A DNA stretch of 64,000 nt from a virus (IMGVR_UViG_2854078061_000001:32001-96000), one strand, 5' to 3'; shown: positions 31,301 through 43,385, counted from the stretch's first letter. Numbers and translations: made by a program. Notes: generated by a model not told the origin, from the letters alone.

Positions 31301-31735
31301 ATGGCAACCACTTTTGAAAGTATCTATGCCCGCTGTCGTGGGCGCATTCGAGATTATGATAAGGAAGGATATACTGACGAGATGTTTGCAGATGCAGAGA
31401 GCGACCTGCTTCAGGCCGCCATTGATGATTTTGCTGACATTTGCGTGCAAGACCTGACTGACTATGATGATGAGTTGCAGCAGTTCAATGTTACTCTGAC
31501 CCGCAAGGAACAGAGTATTCTGGCGTTGAGCATGATTGTACATTGGCTTGAGCCGTATGTTTACAACTCTGACGCTTTGAAGAACGCTATGAGCACTAAG
31601 GACTTTTCTTTCTTCTCCCCTGCTAAGCTACTTGAGCAGATGAAAGACCTTTTGACGCAGTCGCAGCGTAAATTGACTGCTGAGATGAACTTGTATTCCT
31701 TTAAGTCAAACAGTGTTTCTGAATGGACACAGTAA
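31301..31735 (+). CDS. putative head-tail adaptor
   Basis: Position and size; TTFESIY...KDFSFFSPAKLL pattern. Confidence 0.65.
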   Translation: MATTFESIYARCRGRIRDYDKEGYTDEMFADAESDLLQAAIDDFADICVQDLTDYDDELQQFNVTLTRKEQSILALSMIVHWLEPYVYNSDALKNAMSTKDFSFFSPAKLLEQMKDLLTQSQRKLTAEMNLYSFKSNSVSEWTQ

Positions 31736-31746
31736 GGCGGTGGGAT

Positions 31747-32763
31747 ATGACAAGATCTCAATATAGAGCCATGCTGAAACAGGATGGAGAGACGCAGCGC
31801 GACAGGGTGGTCAATAAGGCACTCCATGATACGCGCTTTTTAGCGCCAGTCAATCCTTCTTATAAAGAAGTAACGATAGATGACGTACCCCGCTGGGTAA
31901 ATATTATATCATCTACTGTTACAAACCAGAAAATATTCCGCACAAGACCTGGTGAGGATTTTGAGATCGGCAGCATTATGTACTGGGGTAAGAGCCACTG
32001 GCTGATTACAGAACGTGATGCAGACGATGAGATTACCGTGCGCGGCCGCATTCAGATCTGCCAGAAACAAATCGTGTGGCAGGATGACCAGACAAAAAAG
32101 ATCGTATCTCTATGGGCAACTGTGGAAAAGCCGTATTACTCCAACCTGAGTGAGAATAAGGTAATGAGTTATTCAACCCGTGAATTCCGCATTCAAACCC
32201 CGTTCGACGAGTATTCTGCCCGTCTGAACATTGGAAAACGGCTGATGTTGGAGATCGTCAATGGAGAACCAAAGACCTATCGAATCACGTCGATTGACCA
32301 GATGACTGGCCGAATTGACTATGATAATGACCAGATCGGGTTCCTTTCGTTTAACGTTGAACAGGATCTTTACAACGCAGAAACAGACAATGTAGAGAAA
32401 ATGATCTGCAATTATGTGCCGGAAGATGCTTCCGATAACGTGGAAATCACCTATCCTGACGACAACACAGTAGACGACAGAGTGCTTTCGATAGAGTTTA
32501 CGGGCGAACCGTCCATCCCAACGGGCGGATTTGGCAAGCTGTTTACTGCAAAAATCGATGGCGAAGTGTACGACGGCGCAGAATAGACGCTTACCGGCGA
32601 TTGTACTCCTGCTGGAGTATGTTTCAAAGGCGGTAATACGACTACGACAGGTGCAAAGTGTAAGATCACTTGTGTGGATGATTCTAAGCTGATTGGACAA
32701 GTCGTGGTACTGACGGTTAAAGCAGCCGGCCTTACCGAAAAGATCGAATTGGAGGTGATCTGA
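31747..32763 (+). CDS. putative head closure protein with C-terminal Ig-like domain (338 aa; internal TAG 32584)
   Basis: DGAE*TLTG; read-through ends 1 nt before the next ATG and contains its GGAGGT RBS. Confidence 0.7.
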
Positions 32764-32764
32764 T

Positions 32765-33262
32765 ATGAATCTCGATGAGATCGGGGTATTCAAAAATCGG
32801 GTCGTTTCCAAGTTGATCAATGACGAAAATGTCCTTGATGTCCTATTGGGCAATACAGATAATATCGACGATCCCGAAACTCTTCTGCTTGGTAAGAATG
32901 GGTCGGGTGAAGGTGGATGCGTGTTTAAGTATGAGTATGTTCCAGATACGCAGGAAAACTCAAAAACGTTTTTGTGTGTTGAGGTCGTGCCAGAACAAAC
33001 CAGCGGTGATTCTATTACGATGATGACCATTTACGTATTTGCATATTGCAGTAAAAACCTTATGCAGACATATCATCGGAAAGGACAGGCTGGGACACGC
33101 ATTGATATTTTGGCCAGTGATATTGATAAGCTTCTGAATGGAAACAAAGAATTTGGAATTGGACCGCTTGAATAGGCTGGAAGCAGCATCTATAAGCCAG
33201 CGCAGTGCTATTACGGACGAATGCTTGTTTATCAGGTCGGCTCTTTTAGGAGGGCTCGCTGA
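32765..33262 (+). CDS. putative tail terminator/completion protein (165 aa; internal TAG 33173)
   Basis: FGIGPLE*AGSSIY; read-through TGA overlaps the next ATG (TGATG). Confidence 0.7.
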
Positions 33263-34062
33263 TGAGAAAAATTTCGTACCTTGATCATCTAAGTCCATAT
33301 GGTGTGCAGCTAAAAGACGTTGGGCGAATCCACTCCCCTTTTCTGAAAGATATTTTGAAGATTGGCTATACCCAGTATCAATACGCACTGACCTTATTTT
33401 TATATACCCCAGAAAAATACTACCATGATGCGGCAACTATGATGAAGATGCCAGATATCTGGGAGCAAATGACAAGTGAGCAAAAAGCAAATATTGCAAT
33501 GTTCGATATTCTTACATCGACAGATGAATCCAGGGCTGAACTAATTTCGGCTCTGGGTCTTTTTGTTTCTGGGAAATTGGAGTGGGACGAGCAGCATCGA
33601 GCAATTTTTATCGACAAAGAAAATAGCGGTAAAAAAGGATTTTCTATCGGTGGTTATATCGACAGAAACAACTATTCGACCGTAACAAAGCTTTGCCTGC
33701 AGATGGTTGATATCGACGAAAGTGACATCCCGGAAGAAGCTCCAAAATTCAAGACTGAAAAAGATCGCTTGTTTTATGAGAAGTTCCAAAAGAAGAAGAA
33801 AAAGTTCAAACAAACAAAAAAGGCAGACCCGAATTTCGAGCTGCCGAACATGATTTCTCTCTTATGCACTTTTCATCCAAGTTTGAATTATTCAAACATC
33901 TTTGAGCTGACAGTTGGACAGATACGAGATACGTTCTCCCAACTATTACGCGCAAAACAACTAAATATCGCTGAAATGAATTACTCCGTTTGGGGCGGTA
34001 AATATGACCCCTCGAAATGGATAGAGCGAATTGACAAAGAAAACGAAACTATAGGAGGATAA
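33262..34062 (+). CDS. tail morphogenesis protein (chaperone-like)
   Basis: ORF in tail module; IFELTVGQ motif. Confidence 0.65.
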   Translation: MRKISYLDHLSPYGVQLKDVGRIHSPFLKDILKIGYTQYQYALTLFLYTPEKYYHDAATMMKMPDIWEQMTSEQKANIAMFDILTSTDESRAELISALGLFVSGKLEWDEQHRAIFIDKENSGKKGFSIGGYIDRNNYSTVTKLCLQMVDIDESDIPEEAPKFKTEKDRLFYEKFQKKKKKFKQTKKADPNFELPNMISLLCTFHPSLNYSNIFELTVGQIRDTFSQLLRAKQLNIAEMNYSVWGGKYDPSKWIERIDKENETIGG

Positions 34063-34067
34063 CAATT

Positions 34068-34805
34068 ATGGCTAACAAGAATGCAAATTTCGCCAACCGC
34101 GAGGTCGCCGATCTGATGCTGGTCGACTACTCCACCAAGAAGCTGTTCCTGAATGTTGACTGGGCTAACGTCACTTCTACCTCTTTTGAGGGTGACCGCG
34201 TGTTCGCAACCGGCGGCCAGGGCGCACCTAACCGCGTGCAGTTTGACGGCTCTCGTACCGGCACTCTGACCATCGAGGCACAGGTTTACCCCGTCAAGGT
34301 CTTCCAGATGCTGTCTGGCAACGACCTGGGCACCACCGCAAACTTCCTGAAGCGCGAGAAGGTCACCTGCACCGAGGCTGGTAAGCTGACCATTTCTACT
34401 GCTGCTGGCACCACCGCCATTCAGGTCTTTAAGGCTGATGACGATCTAGGCACCGAGGTCACCGCTACTGTTACTGAGGGCGGCACTGAGGTTACCGTTG
34501 CTGAAGCAACTGAGAATACTGCTTACATTGTTTATTACTACGCAAAGCAGGCAGCCGCTCAGGTTGTGCACCTGGATAGCCGTCACTTCCCCAAGGCTTA
34601 TCGTGTCGAGGGTTCCATTCCCTACAAGACCGAGAGCGACGACATCATCGAGGCACATCCCATCTGGTACAAGGCTGCTCCTCAGGCCGGCTTCGAGCTG
34701 TCTTGGCAGAACACTGGCGACCCCGTTTCTCTGACCATGACCTTCGACGTTCTGGCCGACGAGAATGGCGACATGTTCTCTCTCATCTTCCCTAACGAGG
34801 GCTGA
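34068..34805 (+). CDS. major tail tube protein
   Basis: 245 aa; high-expression codons; GDPVSLTMTFDVL C-terminal motif; terminator follows. Confidence 0.75.
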   Translation: MANKNANFANREVADLMLVDYSTKKLFLNVDWANVTSTSFEGDRVFATGGQGAPNRVQFDGSRTGTLTIEAQVYPVKVFQMLSGNDLGTTANFLKREKVTCTEAGKLTISTAAGTTAIQVFKADDDLGTEVTATVTEGGTEVTVAEATENTAYIVYYYAKQAAAQVVHLDSRHFPKAYRVEGSIPYKTESDDIIEAHPIWYKAAPQAGFELSWQNTGDPVSLTMTFDVLADENGDMFSLIFPNEG

Positions 34806-34822
34806 TACATAGCATTTACACG

Positions 34823-34854
34823 AGGCAGAGTCTTTCGGGGCTCTGCCCCTTTTA
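34823..34854 (+). terminator. intrinsic terminator
   Basis: GGCAGAGTCT-TTCG-GGGCTCTGCC followed by CCTTTT. Confidence 0.7.
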
Positions 34855-34984
34855 TGAGCGCACAATTATTGCAATTGCGCGTTGATATGAGGAAACTCAC
34901 AAATAAGAAGAACACCCACGTGGCGACTTTCCGCTCTCTAATTTGCATAGGAGCTTCAGTGAATAATCGGATAATTGGCCCCGC

Positions 34985-35086
34985 TTATGCCCGGGGCTGG
35001 CTTACTTCCATAACAAACTTGGCGATAGTCACCAAAGCAGCTACGAATTGAACGAACTTAGACATGGTGTCGAAGTCAATCATCAT
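34985..35086 (-). CDS. small hydrophobic peptide (33 aa), probable type I toxin
   Basis: MMIDFDTMSKFVQFVAALVTIAKFVMEVSQPRA; AGAAAGGAGG RBS; own promoter; complementary transcript ends. Confidence 0.6.
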   Translation of the reverse strand: MMIDFDTMSKFVQFVAALVTIAKFVMEVSQPRA

Positions 35087-35197
35087 ACGGGCCTCCTTTC
35101 TGCCAGCAGTCTCTCTACTGGACTTCGGGAAGCCCCTACTAATTCTCGCCGTTTTAATAATTCCCAAAAGGGATACGCAGGTGTTCTTCAAATTTGA

Positions 35198-35226
35198 ATT
35201 GTACCACATCCAGAAAGAAAAAGGAA
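35198..35226 (-). promoter_or_regulatory. extended -10 promoter for the small peptide transcript
   Basis: TTCCTT-17 nt-TACAAT with TG extension; predicted start falls at the 5' strand of the long-range stem. Confidence 0.55.
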
Positions 35227-35721
35227 GTGTTTATTATAAAAATCATTGCTTTTGACCAGGCTCTCGGCAAGACGGGTGTCTGTACTATTGATGGTGACAC
35301 TGTTTACCACTCGCTGATCGACCTGAGCAAAATCAAGGACACCTTGGAACGCTCGACAATGATGCGCCAGATGATCCAGAGCCGCATCAAGAACAATCGT
35401 CCAGACCTTGTAGTGATCGAAGATGTTGCACTGCAAAGCTCGCCAAAAACATTGATCCAGCTGGCGCAACTGCAAGGAGCGATTATGGGGGTATGCGAGC
35501 TAAACAATATTCCCTATGAGATCATTAAGCCATCCGAGTGGCGAAAAATATTAGGATTTAAACAGGGTCGAGTAAAGCGTGCAGAATTAAAGCAGCAGGC
35601 CATAGACTATGTGAAAACCTATTATGGAGAAGATGTTTCGTCTGATGAAGCTGACGCGATGTGCATTGCGACAGCTGTAAAGTTGGAACTTGAAAATAAT
35701 AAATTAAATCAGGAGGACTAA
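35227..35721 (+). CDS. RuvC-like Holliday junction resolvase
   Basis: IIAFDQ..KTG, VVIED, PSEWRK, DEADA catalytic motifs; start codon uncertain. Confidence 0.85.
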   Translation: MFIIKIIAFDQALGKTGVCTIDGDTVYHSLIDLSKIKDTLERSTMMRQMIQSRIKNNRPDLVVIEDVALQSSPKTLIQLAQLQGAIMGVCELNNIPYEIIKPSEWRKILGFKQGRVKRAELKQQAIDYVKTYYGEDVSSDEADAMCIATAVKLELENNKLNQED

Positions 35722-35726
35722 TACTT

Positions 35727-36275
35727 ATGGATGCAAAGAATAATCTGACTTTGGCTGAACGAATTTTGTTTGTTGACAGCGTGGTAAGCCTGTCTGAGCG
35801 CGATGGCCGTTACGAGCCGGCGCTGTATGACTACGCTTTCAGAATTACAACACTGATCATGTTTACTGGTCTGGAAACCAGTGAGATGGACCAGGACCAG
35901 ATGAGTGAACTGGCTTTCTCTGATGAAACGACCAAGTTGATGAACGAGGCCCCGCGCAAGTATATTCTGACTACACTGAACAAGGCTTGCCGCGAAAAAA
36001 TCGAGATTGCCCGCCAGCAGTATATGGCCGCATTTGAAGCCGCAGCAAAGAATCAGCCGTTTGAGCAGTTGATGCAGTTGGCCGCCGAGGTACTGAGCGG
36101 CATTGGTGATCAGTTCGACATGAACAAAATGATTGAAAAAATCGCTGAAGAAAATCTGAAGAAACCGGTAGAAAAAGATAACTATAGCGTCAAAACTCCT
36201 GAAGGAATGCTCGATGGTGCTCCTTCAATTGATACGACAGAGCTTATTTCTGCAGTCGCTGAAAGCAAGGAGTAA
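35727..36275 (+). CDS. hypothetical protein (possible tail assembly chaperone)
   Basis: AGGAGG RBS; position before tape measure. Confidence 0.7.
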   Translation: MDAKNNLTLAERILFVDSVVSLSERDGRYEPALYDYAFRITTLIMFTGLETSEMDQDQMSELAFSDETTKLMNEAPRKYILTTLNKACREKIEIARQQYMAAFEAAAKNQPFEQLMQLAAEVLSGIGDQFDMNKMIEKIAEENLKKPVEKDNYSVKTPEGMLDGAPSIDTTELISAVAESKE

Positions 36276-36278
36276 ACT

Positions 36279-36752
36279 ATGGGGAAGAAATCATTCAATA
36301 CCGTTGAGGGGCTTCAGCGAGAAATTATGAAACGGGCAAATAAAGCTCTGAAAAATGAGGTTAAAGATTATGTGGAAGATAAGATGAAATCTCATGTAGA
36401 GCAAGATGTTTATGCAACCTATTCCCCTGTTGAATATGAACGTCGTGAAACCAATGGCGGATTATTGGATGATTCAAATATCAGAGATGTTGTACATGGT
36501 CGCGTTTTGACCGTGTATAATGAAACTCAAGTTGAAGGTCCTCGCCTTGCAAACCATAAAGAATATCATAATCCAGATGGACTCCCCCGCTTGCTTGAAA
36601 GTGACAACATACGAAATCCATGGACACACAAGCGCTATAGGTGGATGAAACCGCGTCCGTTTATGACGAATACTCAAAAAGATATCAATAAACACAATAA
36701 AGATATCGTAGATATGGTCGAGCAGCGGATCAATCACGACAATACAAAATAA
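36279..36752 (+). CDS. putative tail completion protein (HK97 gp10-like)
   Basis: VYATYSPVEYERR and C-terminal PRPFM motif. Confidence 0.7.
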   Translation: MGKKSFNTVEGLQREIMKRANKALKNEVKDYVEDKMKSHVEQDVYATYSPVEYERRETNGGLLDDSNIRDVVHGRVLTVYNETQVEGPRLANHKEYHNPDGLPRLLESDNIRNPWTHKRYRWMKPRPFMTNTQKDINKHNKDIVDMVEQRINHDNTK

Positions 36753-36763
36753 TCAAAAAGATG

Positions 36764-36793
36764 AGCAGACTTATTAAAAGCCTGCTTTTTTTA
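36764..36793 (+). terminator. intrinsic terminator
   Basis: AGCAGAC...GCCTGCT followed by T run. Confidence 0.55.
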
Positions 36794-36831
36794 GATTCGG
36801 AGATTGGTTGCTCCAGAAGGAGGAATAAAAC

Positions 36832-39800
36832 ATGGCGAGAGAACCAGAATTGAGCATCAAAGTTAAGGTTGACCCGCAAATTGATGCCGCCAAATTACAA
36901 GAAGATATCAATAAAAAAATTCCAAAAGACGGCGTTGAGATCAAGGGCAAACTGGACGTAGACAGTCTTCTAAAGAGTGTTTCTAAATACCAAGAGGGCG
37001 ATCAACATCTTGTGCCTATTATGGCAAAAATCTCGAATGTTGATAAGGCATTGGATGTTTTCAAAGAAAAAGAGACAGAAACAAAAGTCAACTTGAAAGC
37101 GACCCAGGCCAGCCTCGATACGATCAGAGACCAACTGCAAGGTGTAATTGATGGTCTTGATTATTCAAAGCTGGAAGGCGCATCTGCTTCGACCTCTACT
37201 ACTTCTACAAAGCATACAAAAAAGGGCAAAAAGACCACTGCCGTTGATGCAAGTACGGCTGCTAAACAAGAGATTCCTGTTGATGTAGTAGGAACGATTA
37301 GCGACGATAGTGTCACCGCGCTGAAAACTAAGATTGAAGCAGGGCTTAATGACATTGCTATCGTGGCAAATATTGCTCCAGATCAGCTGTCTAAAATACG
37401 GAAAGATGTTGAGGCTGCTTTCAACGGTATTGCGATCACCCCAACTATAAAAGGTGTTAATGGAGCTGCAGCTCAGACCGGCGCAAAGAAAAAGGTCAAT
37501 ATTCCGTCTGATGACAAAATCATGGAGCAGATGGCCAATGCGCAATATACTGCCACAAAGAATGAAAACGCAGAAGCGGCCGCCGTAAAACAAAAGGATA
37601 TTATTTATCAGAATCTGGCCGATCATCAGGCAAAGGCTTCTGAAAATGCTAGTGCTGCCACTGCAAAGACCGCTCAGGGATTGTCTGATGCGAATAAAGC
37701 TATGGGCGATCTGAATGCGTCGGCCGTTGATTTTGAGCAGGACTGGCGGCGAGTCGTTACACTGATTGCTAGTGCGACAAAGAATCTAGCAAATTTAATG
37801 AAGGACAATTATGGAAAGTCTTCTGGTCTTGATATTTTTAGTTCTTTTCAGGAATTTCAAGATGAACTTCCAGACCTTGATACTGAACATGTAAAGCCAT
37901 ATTTAAAAAGTATAAAAGATTGGTCAGATTCTCTACTTGGAAACGCAAGTGGTGATTTTGATTCAAATACTATGATTCAGGCCATCCATATGCTCTCTGG
38001 CCTTGCAGATGCCTGGAATAATATTGATGTATCAAAATTGACAGATAATCAGACAAAAGATAAATTGCTCAAAGAAATGTCTGAGTTGAACAGCATTTTC
38101 CCATCCTCTGGAGACAAACAACCGTTCCTTGGAGAAAAGGATGCCGCTATCAATTATCTGACTGATCTATTGGCAAAAGCAGCAAAGTACTATGCAGAGG
38201 TCGGTAATGCAGCAAAGCAAACAGCTGACAGTATCGCGGTTGCCAATGAGGGTTTTGCGAACCAGACAGCAGAACTGGAAAAGAACAACGCAGAACTTGA
38301 AAAACTGAAGCAAAACGGAGTTACTCCTGTCAAGGAAAGTGCAGTTGATACGCCTTCGATTGCTGAAAAGGTTACATTGAAGCCGGAAGATATTACCCCG
38401 CCAGAGACACCAGTTGAGATTCCCGGGCATGTTACACTGACTGAGAATGATATTACAGTGCCCAAGAGTCCAATTGAGCTAAAATGTAATATTGCCATTG
38501 AGAATAGTGAAACATCTAATGATGAGACTTCGGCAACTAAAACAAAGAAAAAATCTCGTCTTCGTCCTGTTGATTCGAATGATTTAAAGATTCAGCAAGA
38601 GGCTAATAAACTGCTGCAACAGGAAGAGCAGGAGCAGCAAAAAATTGCGATAGCCGCTCAAAAAAAGGCAGATGCTGAAAACAAAGCATTTAATAGAGAA
38701 GTCGCAGCAGAGCAAAAGAAATATAACCAGGCCGAACTTGATAATCTGAAGGAAATCGAATCCATTTATCGAGAGTTAACCAGTCTTGAGAAGCAGCGTG
38801 GCAAATATACAAACCCAGATAAAGCTTTCGACTTAAATCAAGTTGAAGAAGACATTCGCATGGTTGAAGCAGAACTTAGTGAAAAAATGCGTTCAGCAAG
38901 CGAAACTGGTTATAATCCTTTAAAAGTCAAAAGTATTCGAAAACAAGCTCTAAGATATTATCGTGCTCAAGCTAGTTCTGACAATAAGTTTGATATTGCA
39001 AAACAAAATGCAGATACCAAGGCTCAGGAGGAAGCAAAAAAAGCTCTTGATGAAGAAGCTGCAGAACGTGATAAAGTGGCACAAGCTGCGCAGAAGCAAG
39101 CTATTGCAATTCAGAAAGCGAATGAAGCCGCCGCCAAATCTCAACAAAAACAGGATGAGAAGAATGTTGGTAGTGTTATAGATGACATTGTTTCCGAATC
39201 AAATAAGCTGATTCGACTTTATCAGCAGCGTTCAAGTCTAGTTAAACCTGAAGATGTTGCTACTTTAACCGAGGTCGATAATAAAATAAGTGATATTGTT
39301 GACAAGATTAAAATTCTTAAGGACAATTCAATCGCCTCGGGTATTCCCATCAATAATTTCACAGAGGTTGCAAATGCTAACACGCTTGTTGAAAAAGCTA
39401 GAGTAAATAGTTCCACAAATTTTGATAAGAATCAGCAAGCTTATAATCTCACTCAGGCAACTAATGCGATTGAAACCGCTAAAGCAAAATATATCAATGC
39501 GTTTGCCGAAATTCAAAAGAAACGTGAAGAATTAGCGAAAACAGATGACTTGGCGACACAGCAAATGATTCGGAATGCTATTGCTACTCAAAAGGCAATT
39601 ATGAAAGCTTCTGGACACGAAATCAATTCTTATAGCCAACAATATGGCGGATTGGTTGATTCCGCATGGGCTGATGTCGATGTTGTGCGAAACAACAAAC
39701 AGATTCAAGATCAAATTGCATACGAGGCAAAGGTATCAAAGGAAGCTGCTGCAACAAAGAAAGAGAATATTGATTTATTAAACAAATACAATCAAGCTCT

Positions 39801-42372
39801 TAATGAAGAAGTAAAATTATATAAAGATCTTCGTAATGCTGCCCCAGTGGATCAGACAACTAAACAAAATCTTCTGGAAAATCAAAAAGAAAAAGTTGGT
39901 GCTCTTAGAAAAGAGATCCATGACAAAGGGTTAAATTCTTCTCCAGAGTATAAAAAATACACTTCTCAATATCACAATAATATTTCCGGAATAGATTCTG
40001 CAATTTCAAATAGTTCAGATGCCGCTCGTATAAAAGCGAACAACGAAGCAGACGCTGAGGTTCTCAAAAAAATTATCAGTCTATATCAGGAATTAAATAA
40101 GGAATCAACTCATCGTGTAGCGTTATTTAAAGACGAAGATGTCGAAAAATTAAAAGAAACAGATGAGGAAATTCAGCGGCTAACTGACGATATTGAAAAA
40201 TTAGAAGAGGCTGCCAAATACAGTGGGATTGATCTTGCTGGAAATGATGCTTATATGAAAGCATTTGAGAACTCTGACAAAATCCGAGCAGCTAATTCTA
40301 AGCAGTTTAATTCAAATCGTTCCAATTATGTCGAACAACAGACTGATGCCTTGATGGCCGAATATCGTACCCAAGTTAGCCGCATGCAAAATGCCGGTGA
40401 AAAAAGAGAACGTGCTACTGCTGCAAATCTTCCTTGGAAGGCAGAACAGTATAATACTCAGTACGAAGAAGCAGAAACAGCTTTGAAAGCACTCGATGAT
40501 GAATTACAAAATCGTGGCTTACAACTTGAGCAATCTTATTTGGACTTGTTGCATGAAAAAGCTCAGGCAGAAAATGTTGTTAATGAGGCAAAAAGAAAAA
40601 CGTATAAAACAGATGAAGAATCTACCCAAGTCACCAATAAAGAAATTGCAACGCTTGAAAATTACAAGACACAGCTTAGCGGAGTTCTTGGTCGATTGGA
40701 AAAGGCGGGTGCTGGCGATAGTTCTACGTATAAAACAGTAAAGGATTCTTCAAGGGTTCTTGATGATTTTTATGATAGAATGCATTCTCAACTAAACGTT
40801 GACGGAAGCAATAAAGATCAGGTCGCTGTTGAATAGGCCAATGCAAATGGGATTGAATATGTAAAAGATTATAATAGTGCGATCCTTGCTTTGACGGTTT
40901 CATTAAAAGAGTATAAGAGACTAGCTGAGGACCTCTCAACAAGAAACACACTTGAAAATTCTTTCATCAGAGCATCAACGAGAATTTCAAATTTAAAGAG
41001 TGAATTACACGATTACCTGGAAAAATATCCAAAAATCATGCAGAGTGAACTTGCCGGAGATGTTGAAAAGCTTCAGAGTGATTTGGATTCTTCAACGGCA
41101 TGGATGCGTGATAATGAACTCGGTAAGGATCTTGCAAAAATTAAACAAAGGGCAAAAGATCTTGGTCTTGAGGCGCAGAATTTACTTGATATTTTTGAAA
41201 AGCTTTTTGGCCAGCATTTGAGCACTATGATCACTATGGCTGCGTTGCACAAAATGCAAGAAGCTGCACAGAAAATTTATCAAAACGTCGTTGACATCGA
41301 CACTGCAATGACAGAACTACGCAAAGTCACAAGTCTAACTGCAAGCGAATATGAGTCGTTTATGGATCGAGCTGCAGATAATGCTACACAACTAGGCATT
41401 AGTATTAGTGACTTTATCAATAGCACAGCCGATTGGGCGCGTCTTGGTTACACAGAACAGGAAGCTGAGGAACTTGCTCGTGTCAGTAGTCTGATGAAGA
41501 ATGTTGGTGACGGTATTGAATCTGCGAGTGATGCTTCTTCTTACTTAATCTCTGCGATGCAAGGCTTTGGATTGGCTGCCGATCAGGCAAGTGAATTTCT
41601 GGATGTTATGAACCAGATTGCAAACACTGAACCTGTCACTGCAAACGACCTTGGTGTTATTATGCAGAAGTCGGCCGCCGCAATGAATGCTGCTGGTAAT
41701 ACGTATCAGGAGACAATGGCTATGGCAGCCGCTGTTAACGGTGTCCTTCAGGATAACGATACTAGTGGTACATATCTGAAAACTCTGAGTATGTATCTGC
41801 GTGCTGCTAAGACTGATGCTGAATCGGCTGGCATTGAAATTGATGGCATGGCTAATTCTGTATCTGAACTTCGTAGTAAATTAAAATCCCTAACCGGCGT
41901 TGATATTATGTCTGATGCAGCTGGTAAAAACTTTAAGTCTACATATCAGATTATGAAGGAGCTGTCTCAGGTTTGGGGTAATCTTTCTGATGTTACTCAA
42001 GCAAATGTCACTGAACTGATTTCTGGTAAACGCGGAGGTCAAGCAACTTCTGCCCTGCTTAACAACTTTAGTGTCGCAGAAGATGCTATGAAACAAGCAG
42101 CAAATGCTACCGGAAGTGCGCTGGCGGAAAACGCAAAATACCTTGATTCTATTCAAGGTCGTCTTGCACAGTTGGACGCTTCTTTCCAATCTTTGTCTAC
42201 TCATGTTCTCGATTCTGGTATTGTAAAATATACAGTTTCGTTCTTAACAGCCATCGTAAAAATCACAGACAATATCACTAAGCTTTCAGGGGCATTGCCT
42301 CCGATTGCTGCTGCCGTTTCTGGTATTCTGTCTATTATGCAAGCAAACGGCAAACTCCAAAATGGTGCAGGT
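36832..42372 (+). CDS. tail tape measure protein, exon 1 (1847 codons; internal TAG 40834)
   Basis: Long coiled coil, then TP901-type core (IDTAMTELRKV, ADWARLG, GTYLKTLSM, FKSTYQI). Confidence 0.85.
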
Positions 42373-42858
42373 AAAGTTAATATGCCCGTTTATGTTCGTT
42401 GCGTTTAAAGAACATAGGATGCAACACCATATAAAACTAAACACCCCCTAGAGTGCTGGGAAACCCTAAGAGCCATATCGCCTATTGTTATACTTGTATA
42501 ATGTAGGAATCGAAAAATAGAAACAAGGATATGGATGCTATATGCTGAGATAAAAGCTCGGTTTTACCGTATTGTTAAAATGTTGTAACAGTCGAGTGCT
42601 AAGTAGCGTTTACAATGGGCGGTCAGCAGCCGATCCACTCCCCTATTATATAATGTAGGATGGTGGAAGGTTCATCGACTAAAAAGGGTCAGTGAGCAAC
42701 CACTGGAAGGATAGTCAGTTCTGGACGAAAGTTCAGAAGTCCACCTCAGACGTAACCAGACGACTTAAAGAAGTAGGTGGAAACGAGGAGACGCGCCATT
42801 CTCTGGCGCGATATAAGTAGAAGAAAATATTCAAAATTGTAATTCGACATGATTCATA

Positions 42859-42887
42859 TTGACAGCTGACGCACTGGTGGTTATAAT
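42859..42887 (+). promoter_or_regulatory. consensus sigmaA promoter inside the intron
   Basis: TTGACA-17 nt-TATAAT. Confidence 0.85.
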
Positions 42888-42929
42888 GAAAATACAATCG
42901 TATAAACTCATTTTACGGAGGTATTTATC

Positions 42930-43268
42930 ATGCCGAGACCTAAAGGAAGCAAAAACAAGGTTACTATGATTGCAGCGGCTCCTGTCGATTATGCCGCACT
43001 GATTGATGAAAAGCAATCCGCAAAAGATTCGTTGAATGCAGATGTTGCTTCTATCGCGGCTAATATCGATTCTTTGAAGGCTGATCTGAAATCCAAGAAA
43101 GCTGAAATCAAAAAGTTGGATAAAGAGTTGGCTCATCTTGCTAAAAAGAAGGATGAAGCTGACAAGAAAGCTGCCGAGGCCGCTGCTGAAAAGGAAGCCG
43201 TCGATCTTGTAAAGAAGGCGCTGGCAAATGGAACTACTGTTGATGATATTCTTGAGCTTCTGAAATAA
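42930..43268 (+). CDS. AT-hook-like plus coiled-coil protein (intron cargo)
   Basis: MPRPKGSKNK N-terminus; heptad repeats; GGAGGT RBS. Confidence 0.85.
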   Translation: MPRPKGSKNKVTMIAAAPVDYAALIDEKQSAKDSLNADVASIAANIDSLKADLKSKKAEIKKLDKELAHLAKKKDEADKKAAEAAAEKEAVDLVKKALANGTTVDDILELLK

Positions 43269-43295
43269 CTGCTGTACAGCCATCATAATGAACAA

Positions 43296-43331
43296 GCCCG
43301 ACTTCCCTACTACTGGGAGGCCGGGCGTTTT
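43296..43331 (+). terminator. intrinsic terminator inside the intron
   Basis: GCCCGACTTCCC...GGGAGGCCGGGC followed by GTTTT. Confidence 0.65.
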
Positions 43332-43358
43332 GCATTGCTTTTTACGACGGTCTATGAT
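43330..43358 (+). promoter_or_regulatory. sigmaA-type promoter inside the intron
   Basis: TTGCAT-17 nt-TATGAT. Confidence 0.6.
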
Positions 43359-43385
43359 ACACTCTTGTAAAAGGAGTGTTAAATC

